This document shows, piece by piece, positions 59,316 through 64,000 of a stretch of DNA of 64,000 bases (position 1 is its first letter; every line of letters begins with the position of its first letter). Source of the stretch: Eledone cirrhosa. Its lineage: Eukaryota. Where the stretch lies: assembly GCA_964016885.1 (NCBI GenBank), contig OZ024743.1:225990001-226054000 (forward strand), in the 5' to 3' direction. The translations under genes were made by a program, and so were the position numbers. The notes beneath the pieces are model-generated. The model saw only the letters and a list, made by a program, of their open reading frames with translations. It was not told the DNA's origin and searched no databases.

Positions 59316-59381
<66 letters not shown>

Positions 59382-59690
59382 TCTTTCTCTCTGTTTGTCT
59401 GTCTTCCTGTCTCTCTTCCTCTCTTTCTCTCCCTCTCGTTCTCTCCCGCTCTGTCTGTCTGTATCTCTTTCTCTCTTCCGCTCTCTCTCTCGTTCTCTCT
59501 CTCGCCCTCTCTCTCTTTCTCTCTGTTTGTCTGTCTGTCTCTCTGTCTCTCTTTCTCTCTTCGGCTCTTTCTCTTTCTTTTCCTCTCACTCTCTTTTTCT
59601 CTCTCTTGCTCTCTCACTTTCTCTCTTCCGCTCTTTCTCTTTCTCTCTCTCTCTTCACCGTCCTTCTTTCTTTCCCCTCCCTCCGCCTTT
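59085..59690. repeat. CT-rich polypyrimidine low-complexity tract
   Basis: Degenerate (CT)n over ~600 bp. Confidence 0.9.
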
Positions 59691-59832
59691 CTTAACAAAC
59701 AGTCGACCATTGTCCGTCAAATCTTCTATTTAACCTAAAGGGGGAAAATACTTATTTTTAATTAACGTAAATATTCATCATTTAGTCCCCTCCCCATCTT
59801 TCTCTTTTGCTCCCCCTCTCTCTCGTTTTCTT

Positions 59833-59973
<141 letters not shown>

Positions 59974-60579
59974 TATATGTTGGTAGAAGACACATGCATG
60001 CCCAACGTGTCGAGCAGTTAGTTTTGACACGAGCCACAAGGCTGCAATGGGAACCATTCACACATGAATATATACTCCAGCTTGGGAACAAATATAAGAA
60101 CAAGTAAATACCGTGAAGTTTTTATTGTAGTACGTTTCTGTCTTTATCAACTCAGCCATGATGTTTGTTTTAGGAAAGCCGGTACAAAATAAAAATACCA
60201 GAGTAAAGACTAGAGTGGGGTAAAGTGAGGAAAGCAAAGATAAACAGCAGCTTAAACCTTTATCAATGGTTGAGTAGAATATTTGTAACCTTTCTAGCAA
60301 GACGAATACATACCTGCTAACCTTTAAAAACCTAGACGGGGAGTACCATGAAAAGAGTGCCCCAAAACGGGGAGAAATGAGGCAAAATGGGGAGGTTTTA
60401 CATAATGAAAGCTATACCCATTTTCACAAGAGATGACATCTCTCGCCCACCCCAAAGTGAGTCCCTGTCGGGCGGGGAGCGTTCAAAGGTCTGCGAATAA
60501 TTGCTTCAAGATTATAGGTGGATTATGTTAAGGTTTATTGACTTTTATGTTTCTGTTTCATATAGTAATATTATCATTA

Positions 60580-60942
60580 ATTGGCAGAATCATTAGAGCG
60601 TCGGACAAAATGGTTTGCAGTATTTAGTTATGGCCTCTTACTTTCTGAGTTCAAATCCCGCCGAGGTTAGCTTTGTCTTTCATCCTTACGAGGTCGAAAT
60701 TCTTGACCTTGAGCCTAAATAAGAAGTCATCAGGGTGATGGATTAGCAGAATCGTTACATCATCGAGCAAAATGCCCTTGCAATATTTGTTCTGGTTCTT
60801 TATGGTCTGAGTTCATATCCAGCTGGGGCCTGATTGTATCCTTCCGAGGTGGATAAATAAAGTAGCAGTCAAGTATAGGGGTCGATATAATTGATTTCCG
60901 CTCCCCTCAAATTGTTGGCCTTGTTTCTAAATTAGAATATAT
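60580..60942 (+). mobile_element. Two tandem SINE family A copies
   Basis: TGGCAGAATC.TTAGAGCGTCGG...GAGTTCAAATCCCGCCGAGG and a second, more decayed copy from ~60735. Confidence 0.78.
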
Positions 60943-61375
60943 TATCGTTTGTGTCTAAATTAAAAAAAAAAAAATTATCTCTATGATAAAGATTTCTCAT
61001 GCCAATTTGCAACTCTGTTAAATATATATTCTTATTATGAAATGCTTGCTAGTTAGAAGCTAATGATTGGATGAATTATTCAAGATAACTGATGGGTGGG
61101 TCAAATTCTCCTTGAAATATTTGTGTGATTTCATTAAGTTGTGACTTGATGTATAGGGGTGATATTAAAAATATCGATGTTAAAGGCGATGCCAAGTAAA
61201 TTAACTGATTTTTGTGTTCACTCTAAATTTCATGTGAAAAATAAATGAATAAAACTAGAGATTTTCCTAAATTTATTTGTTTGTCAGTTAGTCAAGTTAC
61301 GTAGTATGGGAATGTTACCATCAATATATAACACATCAAGCAAAAAATATAAATTTAGTCTCGATTACATATAAT

Positions 61376-61573
61376 GGTTTCTTATATAGGTACAAGGGGC
61401 GGGGGGAGTCGATTAAATCGACCCCAGTGCGTGACAGGTACTTTATGTTATCGACCACGCAATGATGAAAGGCAAAGTTAACCTCGGTGGGATTTGAAAT
61501 CATATCATAAAGGGCCGTAACTCTATGCTGCAAAGCATGGTGCTTGACTCTACCGATACTGCCAATCCACCAC
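61376..61573 (-). mobile_element. SINE family A, full length
   Basis: 16 bp TSD CTCGATTACATATAAT at 61360-61375 and 61574-61589. Confidence 0.9.
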
Positions 61574-62856
61574 CTCGATTACATATAATAAATAAAGACA
61601 AATTATTTTGCAACTTTCTTTGCCCACAGGCATAATAGACGTTTTCTTCAGGAGATAATAGACGTTTTCTTCTTTAATGATATCTGATTCACTAATGGAA
61701 ATATGGTTGCTAACGAAAGTTAATGCTTTTTAAAATAAATATTTGGGTAATTGAACGGTAATAATCAATGCTATCAAACAAGATGAATTTATATTCGTAT
61801 TTGTTATCGATTCCATTGAATCATCATTGAAAAACTAATATACTATTGTTTCAAAATGGTAAACTGGAAATTTCTTCAATGTTAATGAATTTTTTTTCTT
61901 AAAATAACTTTTTTTCTGATAACAACATCTAATTGACTTTTAGTTTGGTAAATATTTCTAGTTGATAGATTTGTCAGAAAATTAGTTTTGTGACCTTTAA
62001 AGATGATATACAGTTTGCACGGAGCTATAGTTTCAACATTCTCGTCTCTATTTGGTTCTAATTTCCTTGGCTTCTGAGTAAATAGAATTTAATATTTAAT
62101 TATTGATTTTATAATATGAATATATAACGCTATTAAATAGAAATGATTAAAACGTAAAACAGTTTGTTTCATAAAGATATTTTATTTTGAATGAATGTAA
62201 AAAAAACCCAACAACGTTGTTTGAACCATTAAAAAAAAAATTTATGTTTCAAACTAATATGAATGGATATGTTTAAAATCATTTCAGTAATTTATTTTAA
62301 TGATGTACGGTCAAGCTTAAAAGCCGAAATAACATCCGAGGCTATTTGAATTTCTTATTCAGGTGTTAATACTAAAGGTTTTCCTTTATGATGTCAGAAA
62401 ATACTTGAAGGTAAATAAGCAATTCAAGCAGGTCTTGGAAATTGATAGATTTACTGTTGGTTAAAAAAATCTATTTTATATATGGACTTAAATGACAGCA
62501 GTGCAACGGATAAAAGAATTAAACATGTTTCTTCACTAAAGCTGATTTATCGATTTCCAACCACAGAAAAAATACTGACTGAAAATAAAACAATATAGCT
62601 GATTACACGTAAAACGATTAAATACCACACACCAATAAAATATTAAGGACGGATATCGCCACATAGGAAAAACACAGGAGACTCCATGCCAGTAAGGATA
62701 GCATCTCGACCAAAACTACGAGACATACAACGTATGTATGTATGTATGTATGTATGTATGTATGTATGTATGTATGTATGTATGTATGTATGTATGTATG
62801 TATGTATGTATGTATGTGTATGTATATGTGTATAGATAAATATATGTATGCATACA

Positions 62857-62895
<39 letters not shown>

Positions 62896-62927
62896 ATATC
62901 TATCTATATGTAAATATATATGTATGC

Positions 62928-62970
<43 letters not shown>

Positions 62971-63717
62971 AACACACACATACTCACCTATGTGCTTTTA
63001 TGTATTTGTGTTATATATTTCAGAATTTATAAACATCATTTGACACCAGAAGATAGATAACCTAGATTGGGTAAGATGTTGGTAAGGTATGAAGAGGTTA
63101 GACTGAGAGGTTGGCAGAAAGAGAAGAACAAGAGTGAACCGAGACGAATAGAAACATAAATGAAAGAAACGTATAGTATACACAACGGCAAGACGCTAAC
63201 ATCATATTCTATTATGGAATTTTGAATTAATCTATTAGATGACGAAACAATCATCGGGAGATTTGAAGTTGCCAAAACCAAACGTACGAACTAAACCTAA
63301 TTACATACTCTCAAGAACAATATCAACGCTAAGATCCGTGCGTGAGACAACGGTAATAATTCTTTCATTCGAATCATAAGCGTTGAATCCAATTTATAAA
63401 TGTTCTTTCCCATAGGACAGTTGCCAATGTCATTCAATGTACAGCTCTTACTCTGACGAAAGCAGCATGAGTTTACAACGAGTTAATTACAAAGGGCGTT
63501 GCGTTGTGTTTAGCTGCTGTGATTTCAATTTGACTAACTGCTTTGTTTTCAGCTATTAGAGTTCGGTGGTAAGTAAGGGCTAGCTTAAGACTTCGCTGTG
63601 ACTGTAATACTGTCTAAAATATCTTTCTTAATGGGTTGTGATGTGTGTGTGTATGTCTACCTGTCTGAATGTGTGTGTGGTATGAGTGCGTTTGAATGAA
63701 ACAGCTGTGGTTGTGGA

Positions 63718-63791
<74 letters not shown>

Positions 63792-64000
63792 CGTGTGTGT
63801 GTGCGCGCGTGTATTTGCATGTACATATGTAGTAAGCAGTCTAGGTATTGTGAAAATTACACACTAGGTTTATCTACCATATTGTGCTTAGTAGGTTGCC
63901 GTATATTGAAAATATTTGAAAGAAATGTTTTGTCATATTTTAGTCCTCAGCATATACTAATTTTGGATAATAACAATAATAATAATAATGTTTTCTCATT

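Noticed and set aside
59024-59738. Leu/Ser-rich and Arg/Glu-rich ORFs
   Set aside because: Degenerate (CT)n tract.
60058-60300. Hydrophobic, signal-peptide-like short ORFs (also 62618-62705)
   Set aside because: No homology recognised and splice signals are weak; chance in T-rich sequence is likely.
63450-63530. CTGACGA followed by an AGCAGC/GCTGCT stem
   Set aside because: The GAAA core and stem III are missing.

Overview
AT-rich, microsatellite-saturated eukaryotic (animal) DNA. The SINE and retroelement repertoire suggests an octopus or other coleoid cephalopod genome (inference). No host gene can be called with confidence, and most ORF-track entries are microsatellite artefacts. Recognisable content: (1) a 6 kb CA-containing satellite with higher-order structure; (2) a decayed mariner, a pogo/Tc1-type MITE and a non-autonomous Helitron; (3) many tRNA-derived SINE copies; (4) a head-to-tail cluster of four Tx1-clade LINEs, each sitting in (TATC)n; (5) RTE-clade fragments; (6) a near-intact Naiad-type Penelope-like element (PLE; RT + GIY-YIG). 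In addition, about a dozen loci, mostly embedded in (TA)n, carry minimal type I hammerhead ribozymes (HHRs), as fold-back palindromes or as non-coding terminally redundant (retrozyme-like) units. The most unexplained signal is a ~590 nt non-coding, (TA)n-embedded family with two diverged copies (14.3 kb and 45.7 kb). The copies keep sequence islands and covarying hairpins but have no recognisable hammerhead or ORF. All alignments and folds were done by eye.
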